Assembly (NCBI GenBank): GCA_043745805.1 | Contig: JAYTSD010000008.1 | Coordinates: 258,569-322,568, forward strand | DNA: 64,000 bases | From: Fibrobacteria bacterium | GTDB taxonomy: Bacteria; Fibrobacterota; Fibrobacteria; UBA11236 | Reading direction: 5' to 3' | Shown here: piece by piece, positions 36,133-45,624 of the stretch | Position numbering within the stretch: the stretch's first letter is position 1 | Layout: every line of letters starts with the position of its first letter | The notes under the pieces: generated by a model | The model's database searches: none | The model's input: the letters and a program-made list of their open reading frames with translations, nothing else | What the model was told of the DNA's origin: nothing | Made by a program: the position numbers and the translations under genes

Positions 36133-37266
36133 TTACTGTTCCACAGAGGGAGGTAAAGGAGGAGATTTTACCGTTTGCAAAAAACTTGCTTCATCGGTAT
36201 TGCTCGTTTTTGTTTTACCCATTTTATCTACCCAATAAGCAGCTAATCCACCGCCAACTCCCAGTGCACCTAGGGAAAGCCAAAGCATAGTATTGGTTTT
36301 TTTTTCTTCTACTTTAGGCACATTGGCAATTTCTTTTTCTTCTTTTTCATTACTGAAAAGAGTATTAAAAAAAATCCGTTCCGAGTCCAGCAATTTCACT
36401 AAATCCTCAGTAGGCTGTGGAGGCATTTCTAAAACCAAATTTTTGTGGCTTATATCAAACATGGAAAGGCGATAAACATAACTTCTACCATCGCGATTAA
36501 GTTTAGTATAAACCAAATTAGACACACCTAATTTTTGGCCTAAGCCAATCATATTATCATTCGATGACGCAATCGAGAATTTATTTACTTCTAAAGCCGC
36601 GAGAAGTTCATTCAATTCGGTAGGACTCATTAAATCATATTGCGTACTGCCATAAATTCGGGTACAAACTCTCTCAAAAAAGACTCTTGAGATAAATGAA
36701 TTTTCGCTAAGATCGACCACCGCTAGGGGCTTTTTTACTTTACTTTTTATCGCATTCAACAGAATGGGATCCAGTTCATGCGAAAATTTTGCAAAAGCTT
36801 TTTCCCAATTTTTGGCTTTCTCGCTAGGTATAGTAGATTGTGATTCTGTAACCTTGGTCCAAATAATTTTGGCACTTCCGATATGGAGCAACTTTAAAGT
36901 TATAGCCTCCATGCTTCCCAGTGGAGCCGTAGTGCCATAAAGCACATAATCAGCTTGTAGAATATTTCCAATGTCAAAAGAACATTGAGAGTTATTGCAA
37001 ATTTGATTGGGGTTCAAATTGAATTCTGTATATTTTTTTAGAGCAGAATCACGTGAAACCACATTCCATTTTCCACTTTCAACGAGATCGTGGCGTATCA
37101 CCGAAGATATTTCCACTTTGAATTGATTTTCGCTTAAATCCACTAAATCTAAAACAGCGAGCCGAGGTTTTTTTACCACTGAATCGGCTGTTGAAATATT
37201 TGCACACCAAACAGAAGTTGCGCTCATCGCGAATAACATCATTATGCCCAATTTAACCAAAGCCAC
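36133..37266 (-). CDS. Periplasmic protein with two tandem 'PxLAVLDL...ADYVLYG' domains (CsgG/LpoB/TolB-N-like fold?) and a C-terminal TM anchor
   Basis: It has a signal peptide. The internal duplication 'KKPRLAVLDLVDLSENQF...' and 'KKPLAVVDLSENSF...' is visible. A C-terminal hydrophobic helix 'MLWLSLGALGVGGGLAAYWV' follows. Confidence 0.4.
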   Translation of the reverse strand: MALVKLGIMMLFAMSATSVWCANISTADSVVKKPRLAVLDLVDLSENQFKVEISSVIRHDLVESGKWNVVSRDSALKKYTEFNLNPNQICNNSQCSFDIGNILQADYVLYGTTAPLGSMEAITLKLLHIGSAKIIWTKVTESQSTIPSEKAKNWEKAFAKFSHELDPILLNAIKSKVKKPLAVVDLSENSFISRVFFERVCTRIYGSTQYDLMSPTELNELLAALEVNKFSIASSNDNMIGLGQKLGVSNLVYTKLNRDGRSYVYRLSMFDISHKNLVLEMPPQPTEDLVKLLDSERIFFNTLFSNEKEEKEIANVPKVEEKKTNTMLWLSLGALGVGGGLAAYWVDKMGKTKTSNTDEASFLQTVKSPPLPPSVEQ

Positions 37267-37417
37267 CTCAATTAAAAAGATACTTCATGCCGACAGAATT
37301 TGACCCAAAAGTAAACAAATTCTTCTCGCTCGCTATAAATAATTTCCTTAAGAAGTTTTTCCTTAAGGTTTGTCTCTATTGCAAGGCCGAAAAACTTATT
37401 CTAGCTTAACGCCCGAT

Positions 37418-37492
37418 GGCGACATACCCAAGTGGTAAGGGGGAGCTCTGCAAAAGCTTTATTCAGCGGTTCGAATCCGCTTGTCGCCTCCA
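37418..37492 (+). tRNA. tRNA-Cys (anticodon GCA), 3' CCA encoded
   Basis: Cloverleaf read by hand: acceptor GGCGACA/TGTCGCC, anticodon stem GAGCT/AGCTT, loop CTGCAAA, T-arm AGCGG-TTCGAAT-CCGCT, discriminator T plus CCA. Confidence 0.75.
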
Positions 37493-37521
37493 AATTTACT
37501 CCGCCCCTAAATTGTATTGAT

Positions 37522-38127
37522 TTATTTGCCTGTGAGGTTAACATCTACTTTCACATCATCTTCTGGCAATACATTGACATGAATTTCTTTGGCCCGCTTG
37601 CCTTTGGAGGATATTTTAAATACCCGAGTTCCCGCTTCGACGTGATTAATGGTTAAAGGGCCGCCGGTAGTATTTCCTACGATTTCTCCATCAATACTTA
37701 TAGAAGCATGCGGAGGAATAGTGGTAATGGTCACGGAACCATAAGGCATTTTCAAAGTCTTTTCAATAACAGTTTGCTTATTTGGCCAAATATTAACTCT
37801 CTCTTTAACCAACTCTTCCCCATTGAGCATGATGGTTAAAGTGTGACGTCCCGTTTCAAAATTCATCTCTATAGGCGATGGACCTAATTTTTGACCGCCC
37901 AAATAAACAATGGCTTTTTCAGGTATAGTACGAATAACAACTTGGCCTATTTGTCCTCGTGGAGGAATCCCTGCATCATCGACAGGGCCAACTCCCGCAC
38001 TATCTTGTGCAAAAAGAGGTAAGGCTAAAATAAGGGTAAAAATGGCTATGAGAATTTGCTTACTTTTAATCACATGCATATAAATTCCTCCATGTATAAC
38101 ACACTTAATATACAGAAAAATTATCAA
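37522..38127 (-). CDS. Secreted PEGA-domain protein (two PEGA-like repeats)
   Basis: It has a signal peptide. 'AIVYLGGQKLGPSPIEMNFETGRHTLTI' and 'ASISIDGEIVGNTTGGPLTINHVEAGTRVFKI' match PEGA. Confidence 0.55.
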   Translation of the reverse strand: MIIFLYIKCVIHGGIYMHVIKSKQILIAIFTLILALPLFAQDSAGVGPVDDAGIPPRGQIGQVVIRTIPEKAIVYLGGQKLGPSPIEMNFETGRHTLTIMLNGEELVKERVNIWPNKQTVIEKTLKMPYGSVTITTIPPHASISIDGEIVGNTTGGPLTINHVEAGTRVFKISSKGKRAKEIHVNVLPEDDVKVDVNLTGK

Positions 38128-38148
38128 TCTGGCCTAATCTTAACGGTT

Positions 38149-40071
38149 TTAAAATGCCTGCGCTAAATCCAAAACCCATTGTGAATGTTGGGAGTTCCAA
38201 CCATCTTGTGCATAATCTATACGTAAATTGAAAATGGAAAAAATTGTGTAGCGAATCCCCAATCCATACGCTTTGGCCTTTCCATCCGAACTGATAGGGT
38301 TTCCGATGTCCCATACGCGGCCATAATCCACAAAGGGAACCCATTGTATATCGGTTAAAAATTTCCATTTTGCATCTGTCGCAAAATGGATATTGGCAAA
38401 AAGATTTAAGCGTAATTCAAAAGAGGTTAAGAAATAGGCGGGAAGCAGCCCTTCGGTTTGACAAATGCCATTCATTTTTTTCGGACAAATTTCGCGCCAG
38501 CCGTAACTACGAATACTACGCGGCCCACCTAAAAAAAAACTTTCGGCATTTCCTTGACTTCCTCCATAAAAGCGCCCCCCATTTAAGCGGGTTGCCAGTT
38601 TAATGGTTTTAGAAAAAGGCCAGTAAAAGGCATTCTCCGATTCAAACCAATTATGCCGAGAATCTTTAATGCGAACCCCACCTTTTTCAATAAAAGGACC
38701 GCCATTACCCCATGTCAGAGAGAAGCGCAATCCTTTATTAGGATTTGCAGCTTCATCCACAAAGGCAAAAAATAAAGCATTAATATAATTCAGATTAAAA
38801 CTTCGCTCCCAAGATCCCAAATTCATTTTCCTACTTTCGCCTTTAAATTCGAGCGTACTTAAGAATCGTGACCAAGTATTAAAACTGCGCGAAAGCTTAC
38901 TTTGATCTGCGATATCGAAATCGCCGGCATACAAATTTGCGTGACTTTGCAAGCGGCTATCTTGATACCAATTCACAATAAAATCATTGTCAAAACGTAA
39001 ACTCGACCCAAAAAATAAAGCCGATGAATACCCTAAATCCAAATGCTGCTTTTTTTGTGCGATGGAAGCACCAATGCGCGCTTCATGAAAATCACCCCAA
39101 ATATTTGAATGCACTAATTGAGAACTAATTCCCGCTCCATATTGCGTTTCATAAAATAAGGATCCCTCCACTTCGCCCGGAATACGCTCCTCTGCATGAA
39201 TGACTAAAGCACTTCCTGCTCTATCGGAAAAGACGCTGTCTTTGATACGGAAAAAATTAAATACTCGAGTTGATTTCATTTTTTTTTCATAGTTATTCAG
39301 ATCAGAAAAGCTGACGGTATCCCCTTTATTAAACGGGAGCAGTTTTCGAAATTGCCGATCTGGAGTAAGGCCTAACCCTTCATTGGAATGACTATTACTA
39401 TCCATGCGTATAGACTCACCAGAATTATTCGGATTACTTTCTCTTGAATTGCGAACTAATAAGGTATCAAAAACTAGCGCCCGTCCTGGACTAACCATAA
39501 ACTCTACCTTAACTAATTTCGCAATGGTATCCAAAGCGGTTTTTTCAGATACTTGCGTATAAGGAAAACCCTTTTCCGCATAGATTTTTATGATACTTCG
39601 TTTATCCGCATATAAATTTTCATGATAAAAATTTTTGCCCGTTACACATTGCAAATCCTTAGAGGTAACCCGCAAGGGTAAATTCACATCTGCATGGATT
39701 TCAATGGGACCAAACAAGTACCGTTTATTTTCTTTGATATCAATATGAATGGGACTTTGGTTTAACCAAGGCGGAAGATTTCCTTCGCGACTTAACTTAA
39801 TTTCCACGTCAAAGAAACCTGTTTCAGCATACAAATCCGCGATAATATCATGCGTTTCTTCTGCAAATGTATCCCAGTCTTCTTCCGTATGCATTTCACT
39901 AGACTCTGGGGCGGCAATAAATTCTTCCAATTTAAATTGTTGAATAAATTCATTGCCGCGAATTTTAAAATCATTACCATAGGAACAAGCCAGGAATAAA
40001 ATATTCACAAGAAAAAAGATCCCCCGATAGGAAAACAAAAAAGTCTGCAAATCCTTTACCATAGTTTCCAA
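38149..40071 (-). CDS. tamA: TamA/BamA-family outer-membrane protein (POTRA plus Omp85 beta-barrel)
   Basis: The C-terminal 'YGLGIRYTIFSIFNLRIDYAQ' bacterial-surface-antigen barrel signature is present. The gene is directly downstream of and overlapping a TamB-like gene. Confidence 0.65.
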   Translation of the reverse strand: METMVKDLQTFLFSYRGIFFLVNILFLACSYGNDFKIRGNEFIQQFKLEEFIAAPESSEMHTEEDWDTFAEETHDIIADLYAETGFFDVEIKLSREGNLPPWLNQSPIHIDIKENKRYLFGPIEIHADVNLPLRVTSKDLQCVTGKNFYHENLYADKRSIIKIYAEKGFPYTQVSEKTALDTIAKLVKVEFMVSPGRALVFDTLLVRNSRESNPNNSGESIRMDSNSHSNEGLGLTPDRQFRKLLPFNKGDTVSFSDLNNYEKKMKSTRVFNFFRIKDSVFSDRAGSALVIHAEERIPGEVEGSLFYETQYGAGISSQLVHSNIWGDFHEARIGASIAQKKQHLDLGYSSALFFGSSLRFDNDFIVNWYQDSRLQSHANLYAGDFDIADQSKLSRSFNTWSRFLSTLEFKGESRKMNLGSWERSFNLNYINALFFAFVDEAANPNKGLRFSLTWGNGGPFIEKGGVRIKDSRHNWFESENAFYWPFSKTIKLATRLNGGRFYGGSQGNAESFFLGGPRSIRSYGWREICPKKMNGICQTEGLLPAYFLTSFELRLNLFANIHFATDAKWKFLTDIQWVPFVDYGRVWDIGNPISSDGKAKAYGLGIRYTIFSIFNLRIDYAQDGWNSQHSQWVLDLAQAF

Positions 40072-43000
40072 AACTTATAGCGATAACGTAAGCCTATTTG
40101 TTTTTGTAAGCGATTATCCGATTCATTAAATCGATCTTCTTTACGAGATTCAATAGACGCTTCTAAACGAAGCCTTTCCTCCATTTTTTTGGCCAAAGTA
40201 GAGTCTTTAATCACTCTTGAAATTGGAGGACGCCAAGCCACCGCTCCAAGATATTCTAAAGGATTTTGATTCTTTTTTTCAGGAAGGTATCCACCACGTA
40301 ACTTAGCCGTTAATCTGAATTTCTCTTTGCTTTCTACTTCAATGGCAATAGCTTGGGAACTATCCTTGTCCTTAGCCACTACGGAACTTAATCCACTAAC
40401 CGTGGTATTCGCTATCCAATGGGAGGAGGCTTTATCCACCACTCCAGTTAAAGTTTGATTGATTGCCGGTTCTAAAAAAGAAGCCGCAGCTTGCCCATAA
40501 TTACTATTTGCTCCGGCCCCATTATCGGCAATGTAACAACCACGATTAACGGAGTTAATTAAAGTCGGAATTTCAACAACTTCACCTTGTCCACATGTAC
40601 TTTCATACGAAAATTTCATGTCACTTAATAGACCTAGTAAATGAATATTAACCAAACAAGTTTTTTGTGTATTAGGATGGCAATTTTCTAAAAGTTTTCG
40701 TTCTCCTTCCATGGAAACCAGCCCTTCTTCCAAGGATGTGTTCTGCCATTTTAAATCGAAATCTCGAATGGGGTAACTTTGATTTATTTGACCGAGCTCT
40801 CCATTTAGAGCGGAAAACTGTCCGGCTACCAAGGTATAAGGATAGGTACCTCGCACATTTATATCTCCGGTAAAATTCATTCTTAGAATATCGGTTTGAA
40901 TCCGATTTTCCGTTCCGCGTGCTTCCAAAGCGATTTGTATTTCTAAGGGTTTTACCTTTTTTTTCTTTTGTTCATTCTTTAAGCTTTTAAAGAAACTTTG
41001 TATTTCTCGAAATCCAATTTTATGTTGAAATAATAAGCCACTAAATTTTCCATGTACTTGCAGAGCAGGAATTTTATTTAACTGGGGATTTCCCGAAAGA
41101 TTAGGTTGCAAATAAGTAATATCTACATTTTGTAGATCGGCGTGAAATTTTATAGGAGGTCTTTCGGAAGAAAAATTTCCCTGTGCAAATTTCCCTTTTA
41201 AATTCATACCTAAGGTATCAAAAATTAAGGCCGCGCTAAATTCCTTCAGTCGAAGCTTATCACGACTTTTATATTGTAAACCAAAGCTTTCACTTTGCAT
41301 ATCAATCTGTAATTTTTTCCCCTGCGCTAAAGTGTAATTAAGGCTAGCCACAATACTTTCGCCGGTTTTATTTTGCGTCACAAATTGTGGGATTTGCAAA
41401 AGCCCATTTTGTAATTGTAAGGTAGAATTGAAATGTAAAGTATCGATACCCAAGGTGGTATACAATCCTTGGAAGCGATAAGATTCTGCGGTCATTGCTT
41501 GCATAGAAAAGGGACGTAAAGGGATTTTGATTTTACTGGCAAAATTAAAATTCGAAATTTTACCCGCCTCACTAGGAAGCAAACAATCTCCAAAAACTTT
41601 TAAGTCTCCCTCTATACTGCGTAACTCTGGAGCTACGCCCAAAAATTCTAATTGCCAGCCTTCACGATTTTTTATTTTCAATATCAAGCTGGGATTTTTT
41701 TGCAATAAATCGATTAGCGTTAAATTCAATGTATCATTCCACCAGTTTTGTTTAGGAGCTTGGGTAATGACATTTAGCTTTATTTTTTTTTCCTCACCTT
41801 GTAAGGTCATACTGGGTATATTCCAATCGCCCACACTATGTCGCCATTTTAAATTCGACACTTGATAATTTCCCAGAAACCCCAATGAATCCGTAAAGGT
41901 TAAGCGTCCTGCAACATGGCCTGTTTCTAAAGGCTTCCCCTGCAAAAATACGTTTGAGATTTTCGCAATATCAAAATTTTTAGCCTCCATTTCAGCAAAG
42001 TGTAAATCAACTATTTGACTATGCCCCATTTCATAAAATTGTCTTCCATGCAAAGCGACTTGCATGGAGGAATGTAAATTCGAATTATCATGGCCAATAT
42101 CCAAATTGGAAAGATTAAATTGCGTTGCATTCCAATCACCTTGAAGTTTTGTTTGGAAAATTTCATTTTGAAAAACAGCCTCTACAAAACCACCCGCCTC
42201 CCCCAACTTATGCTTCCAATCCCAATTAAAATGAGCCGTAGCAAGCGGTTTATAAGGGGATAAAAAATGCAAAGGCACATAAGGCCATTCACTAAAAGCT
42301 ACTTGATCCGCCTTCGCTTCCATACTATGCATCGTTGGCATATGATAGTAAGCATGCCCTAAAGTGGGATGTTTAACATCAAAAAATAAATTCGCTTCCA
42401 CCTCATGCAACTTTTCATTCCATGGCCATTCTACTTGACCCAAAACAGCCCACGCATTTTTATTCCAAAATAAATTTGCGGAATCCACATAATAACCATG
42501 CACATTGATATGCTGATAAACTCTTGCAGAATCTACCGCGGCAAGATAAGCATGCACATCGCTAAGCTGCGCCATAACATGCGTAACCCCTTCAGTAAAA
42601 TATCCTTTCACATAAGCTTTTTGAAAGGATACATTGGTATCGGTCCAATGTTTTGCCCATTCCTCATCAGCTGATATTTTACCCGCAAAGCTTAGTTTAA
42701 ATGGGATGGGATTTATTTCCAAGCGCAATTCCGAACCATCACGTGTAACAAAATCACCCGTCACATTTAAATTCTGCCCTAATACCAAATTATGACTCTC
42801 CGCATCTCCAGGTAACACATCATGTCCTAATAAAATCGGTACGTTTTCGGAAGCCCACTGCAACTCCCCTTTCCAAGCTTTCATCCAAGCTAAAATTGAA
42901 AAACTAGAATCCCCAAAGGATAAGCCTAATTTGGGCCAATGAATATTGGCATTAAGGTGCATTTCCCCATTTTCAATTCCTCGACTTTTTAAGTCTAGCT

Positions 43001-43874
43001 TAGCTCCTTTTTGTGCCAAGGTGAATTTCACATTTAATTTTTGATTTTCTAATACCCCAATATGAGGCGTGACAATATCTAAGGTACCCTTTATTAAACC
43101 ATAGGGAAACCAGGTTATTTTTACCGCGAGGTTTAATTTTGAAAAGGCAGGTAAGGCCAATTGTTTCGAAGCATAAGCCGGTAAAGTATCCACCAGAATT
43201 TTTAGGCTATCATAACCTTTTAATAAGTTTTTTTTATGATGAACGCTTTTTAATTCTATGCGATCCGCATGCCATAAACAGTTTACAGATAGCCGTAGCG
43301 AATCACGCCAGCCCAAGGTGGAATTGAAGGCCGGAGCAAAATCCTTAGGCCAGGCCGCATTACCAAACATTTGCACAGCAGCAATTTCTAAACTTATTTT
43401 TTTCAAATTTATTGAATGTAGGGAAAAATCTTTTATAACAATTAAGCCCATAGACTCTTGTTGAATGTGCAATTGATCAATTTGTAGTTGAAAAGGGAAA
43501 GGAAGATTAAAATCCGAAAAAACAAAATCTTTTTTTTCTTGTTGTGTTTTTTTATCCGGAAGGAGTTGGCAATAAGCTTTCTCTAAATGAATTTCCAAAT
43601 TAGGCTTAAAGTCAATCAGGCTGCGAAAAGTTTTAATATGCCCTTGAATATGTTGACTTGAAAAATGCCCTTGAGGAAAGTTACAGGTCAAGGAATCGGT
43701 TTCAAAACCAAGCATTCCTTTTAAACGCGGGCCAAAAAATTGAACTTGATAATCACCAAATGCTATGCCATGGGCCAAGGTTTTCAATAACCATTTTTGC
43801 GCAGGAATTACAATTGCGGTCAGCAATAAAACCAAACTTCCACTAATTATGAGAAATGTTCTAATTTTTTTCAT
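40056..43874 (-). CDS. tamB: TamB-like translocation and assembly module protein (AsmA/DUF490 family), 1272 aa, N-terminal TM anchor
   Basis: The N-terminal signal-anchor, the size, the beta-rich repetitive composition and the C-terminal 'IGLRYRYKFW' are consistent with the TamB C-terminal domain. It has a 16-nt overlap with the tamA-like gene. Confidence 0.6.
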   Translation of the reverse strand: MKKIRTFLIISGSLVLLLTAIVIPAQKWLLKTLAHGIAFGDYQVQFFGPRLKGMLGFETDSLTCNFPQGHFSSQHIQGHIKTFRSLIDFKPNLEIHLEKAYCQLLPDKKTQQEKKDFVFSDFNLPFPFQLQIDQLHIQQESMGLIVIKDFSLHSINLKKISLEIAAVQMFGNAAWPKDFAPAFNSTLGWRDSLRLSVNCLWHADRIELKSVHHKKNLLKGYDSLKILVDTLPAYASKQLALPAFSKLNLAVKITWFPYGLIKGTLDIVTPHIGVLENQKLNVKFTLAQKGAKLDLKSRGIENGEMHLNANIHWPKLGLSFGDSSFSILAWMKAWKGELQWASENVPILLGHDVLPGDAESHNLVLGQNLNVTGDFVTRDGSELRLEINPIPFKLSFAGKISADEEWAKHWTDTNVSFQKAYVKGYFTEGVTHVMAQLSDVHAYLAAVDSARVYQHINVHGYYVDSANLFWNKNAWAVLGQVEWPWNEKLHEVEANLFFDVKHPTLGHAYYHMPTMHSMEAKADQVAFSEWPYVPLHFLSPYKPLATAHFNWDWKHKLGEAGGFVEAVFQNEIFQTKLQGDWNATQFNLSNLDIGHDNSNLHSSMQVALHGRQFYEMGHSQIVDLHFAEMEAKNFDIAKISNVFLQGKPLETGHVAGRLTFTDSLGFLGNYQVSNLKWRHSVGDWNIPSMTLQGEEKKIKLNVITQAPKQNWWNDTLNLTLIDLLQKNPSLILKIKNREGWQLEFLGVAPELRSIEGDLKVFGDCLLPSEAGKISNFNFASKIKIPLRPFSMQAMTAESYRFQGLYTTLGIDTLHFNSTLQLQNGLLQIPQFVTQNKTGESIVASLNYTLAQGKKLQIDMQSESFGLQYKSRDKLRLKEFSAALIFDTLGMNLKGKFAQGNFSSERPPIKFHADLQNVDITYLQPNLSGNPQLNKIPALQVHGKFSGLLFQHKIGFREIQSFFKSLKNEQKKKKVKPLEIQIALEARGTENRIQTDILRMNFTGDINVRGTYPYTLVAGQFSALNGELGQINQSYPIRDFDLKWQNTSLEEGLVSMEGERKLLENCHPNTQKTCLVNIHLLGLLSDMKFSYESTCGQGEVVEIPTLINSVNRGCYIADNGAGANSNYGQAAASFLEPAINQTLTGVVDKASSHWIANTTVSGLSSVVAKDKDSSQAIAIEVESKEKFRLTAKLRGGYLPEKKNQNPLEYLGAVAWRPPISRVIKDSTLAKKMEERLRLEASIESRKEDRFNESDNRLQKQIGLRYRYKFWKLW

Positions 43875-43991
43875 GAGAGGCGGCAGCCCAAATTCATTTC
43901 CCCAGCTTGATTTCCTCGGTCATTCCAAAAAAAATCTTCTTTTTAAAGAAATCCTGATGCTATAATCTACTATAATCAACTTTCTATCTAA

Positions 43992-44276
43992 ATGGAATTA
44001 AAACACAGATTAAAGCTAGCTATTGCCTTAAAATACCAGCACCATGAAGATGCCGCGCCACTGGTATTAGCCTCTGGCAAAGGAGAACTTGCCGAAGCCT
44101 TGCTAAAAAAAGCGGAAATATATGGTATACCAGTTCATCCTGATGCAGGCTTAGCACAAATGTTAAGTGAAGCGAAGGTGGGAGAATCTATTCCCGAAGA
44201 GTTATTCGCTGTAGTTGCGCAAATCTTAGCGATGATATATAAAATGGACAAACGTCTACAATCCAGTTTAACTTAA
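43992..44276 (+). CDS. FlhB C-terminal-domain-like small protein (YlqH/EscU-C family)
   Basis: 'LAIALKYQHHEDAAPLVLASGKGELAEALLKKAEIYGIPVHPDAGLAQML...AVVAQILAMIY' matches the stand-alone FlhB-C family. Confidence 0.65.
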   Translation: MELKHRLKLAIALKYQHHEDAAPLVLASGKGELAEALLKKAEIYGIPVHPDAGLAQMLSEAKVGESIPEELFAVVAQILAMIYKMDKRLQSSLT

Positions 44277-44353
44277 TTGAAGTATAATAGGACATGGATT
44301 GTATGAAAACGATGAGAAGGATATTCCGCTTGCGGGAAAATAAAGGATAAGCT

Positions 44354-44848
44354 TTGGAACCAACCATTTCGGCAACAAAACCCACAATCTATACTATGCA
44401 GCTTCCCAGCGATTTAGAATATATTCCCCCTTTGCGTCAGTTCATTGCGGAAGTGGCCAGAGTAGAAGGCTATCCGAAAAAATTTTGCTTTCGCGCAGAA
44501 ATCATTGTGGATGAACTCGCAACCAATGCCATCATGCATGGTTCTCAAGATATTAACAGCAAAGTATCCGTCATTGCTGAATTTGATTCTGACAAAATGA
44601 AATTAACTATTCAGGACGAAGGTGGAACGGAAAAAAGCTTAAGCAACTTAAAAAGAGCAGTCTACAATTCGGGAAATAATCACGATATGAAAAAGGGACG
44701 CGGCCTAGTCATTGTACAAATGCTCAGCAGCGAAATGAAAATTAATTTAGACAATCAAGGAAACACCCAAGTTCATGTAGTAAAACTTAGAGAGCCCGAA
44801 GAAGGTGGCACTAAACGCGAGACCTTAATTTATGAGAGCGAAATATGA
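44354..44848 (+). CDS. Anti-sigma regulatory factor-type serine kinase (RsbW/SpoIIAB-like HATPase_c_2)
   Basis: N-box 'ELATNAIMHG' and G-box 'GRGLVIVQMLS' are present. Confidence 0.65.
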   Translation: MEPTISATKPTIYTMQLPSDLEYIPPLRQFIAEVARVEGYPKKFCFRAEIIVDELATNAIMHGSQDINSKVSVIAEFDSDKMKLTIQDEGGTEKSLSNLKRAVYNSGNNHDMKKGRGLVIVQMLSSEMKINLDNQGNTQVHVVKLREPEEGGTKRETLIYESEI

Positions 44849-45624
44849 AAATATCTCAACAAATTAGCGCCTTCGACGAACGCATTATACTCTTACATTT
44901 TGAAGGGGAATTAAATGCCAGTGATTGCGAAGCCACGTCCAAGGTATTCCAAGATATTATCGACTCCAAAAAATATTTCATTCTAGCCCTTATGGATAGC
45001 GTCCCTTTTGTTTCTTCTCCATTTTTAGGGGAACTCATGGGTTGCAAATTACGCCTAGTAGAAAAAGGCGGAAACTTAGTGATTGTGGGATTGCGCTATG
45101 ATTTACGCGAAAAATTAGTCATGATGGGAGCAGATAAAATTTTTCAGTTTTATCCCGATACCCATACAGCCTATAATCACTATCACTGGGAATATACCGA
45201 ATCCTCCCAAGTCGTTTCCATTACTGTACCACCCAAAATGCAATCTGTGCCTGCCATTCGACGCTTAATATCTGGCATAGCCAAACAAAAAGGTTTTAAC
45301 TCCAAAGACGCTTTCCGTATTGAAACCATTGTAGATGAAATTGCTAACAATGCCATAGAACATGGAGATCCTTCGCAAGAGGCTATTTCCATTGAGCTTA
45401 CTATTGACAAGAAAAAACTCGACCTGCAAATAAAGAATAAAACCTTGCTTGGAAAAGCCAAAAACCTACAAAGTGTGATTCAGTCCACCAAAACTGTCCT
45501 AGATGATGGGGAGTATCGCGGAAGAGGAGTTGCTTTAGTGAAGCTAATTAGTAATTCCATTGATGTGGCATTTGATTCGAGCGGTACATATATTAAAATT
45601 ACGAAGATGCGAGAGGAAGAGTAA
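44845..45624 (+). CDS. Fusion protein: N-terminal STAS (anti-sigma antagonist-like) domain plus C-terminal RsbW-like serine kinase domain
   Basis: The STAS region 'ILALMDSVPFVSSPFLGELM...LREKLVMMGADKIFQFY' is followed by 'DEIANNAIEHG' and 'GRGVALVKLIS'. It overlaps the upstream kinase by 4 nt. Confidence 0.6.
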   Translation: MKISQQISAFDERIILLHFEGELNASDCEATSKVFQDIIDSKKYFILALMDSVPFVSSPFLGELMGCKLRLVEKGGNLVIVGLRYDLREKLVMMGADKIFQFYPDTHTAYNHYHWEYTESSQVVSITVPPKMQSVPAIRRLISGIAKQKGFNSKDAFRIETIVDEIANNAIEHGDPSQEAISIELTIDKKKLDLQIKNKTLLGKAKNLQSVIQSTKTVLDDGEYRGRGVALVKLISNSIDVAFDSSGTYIKITKMREEE

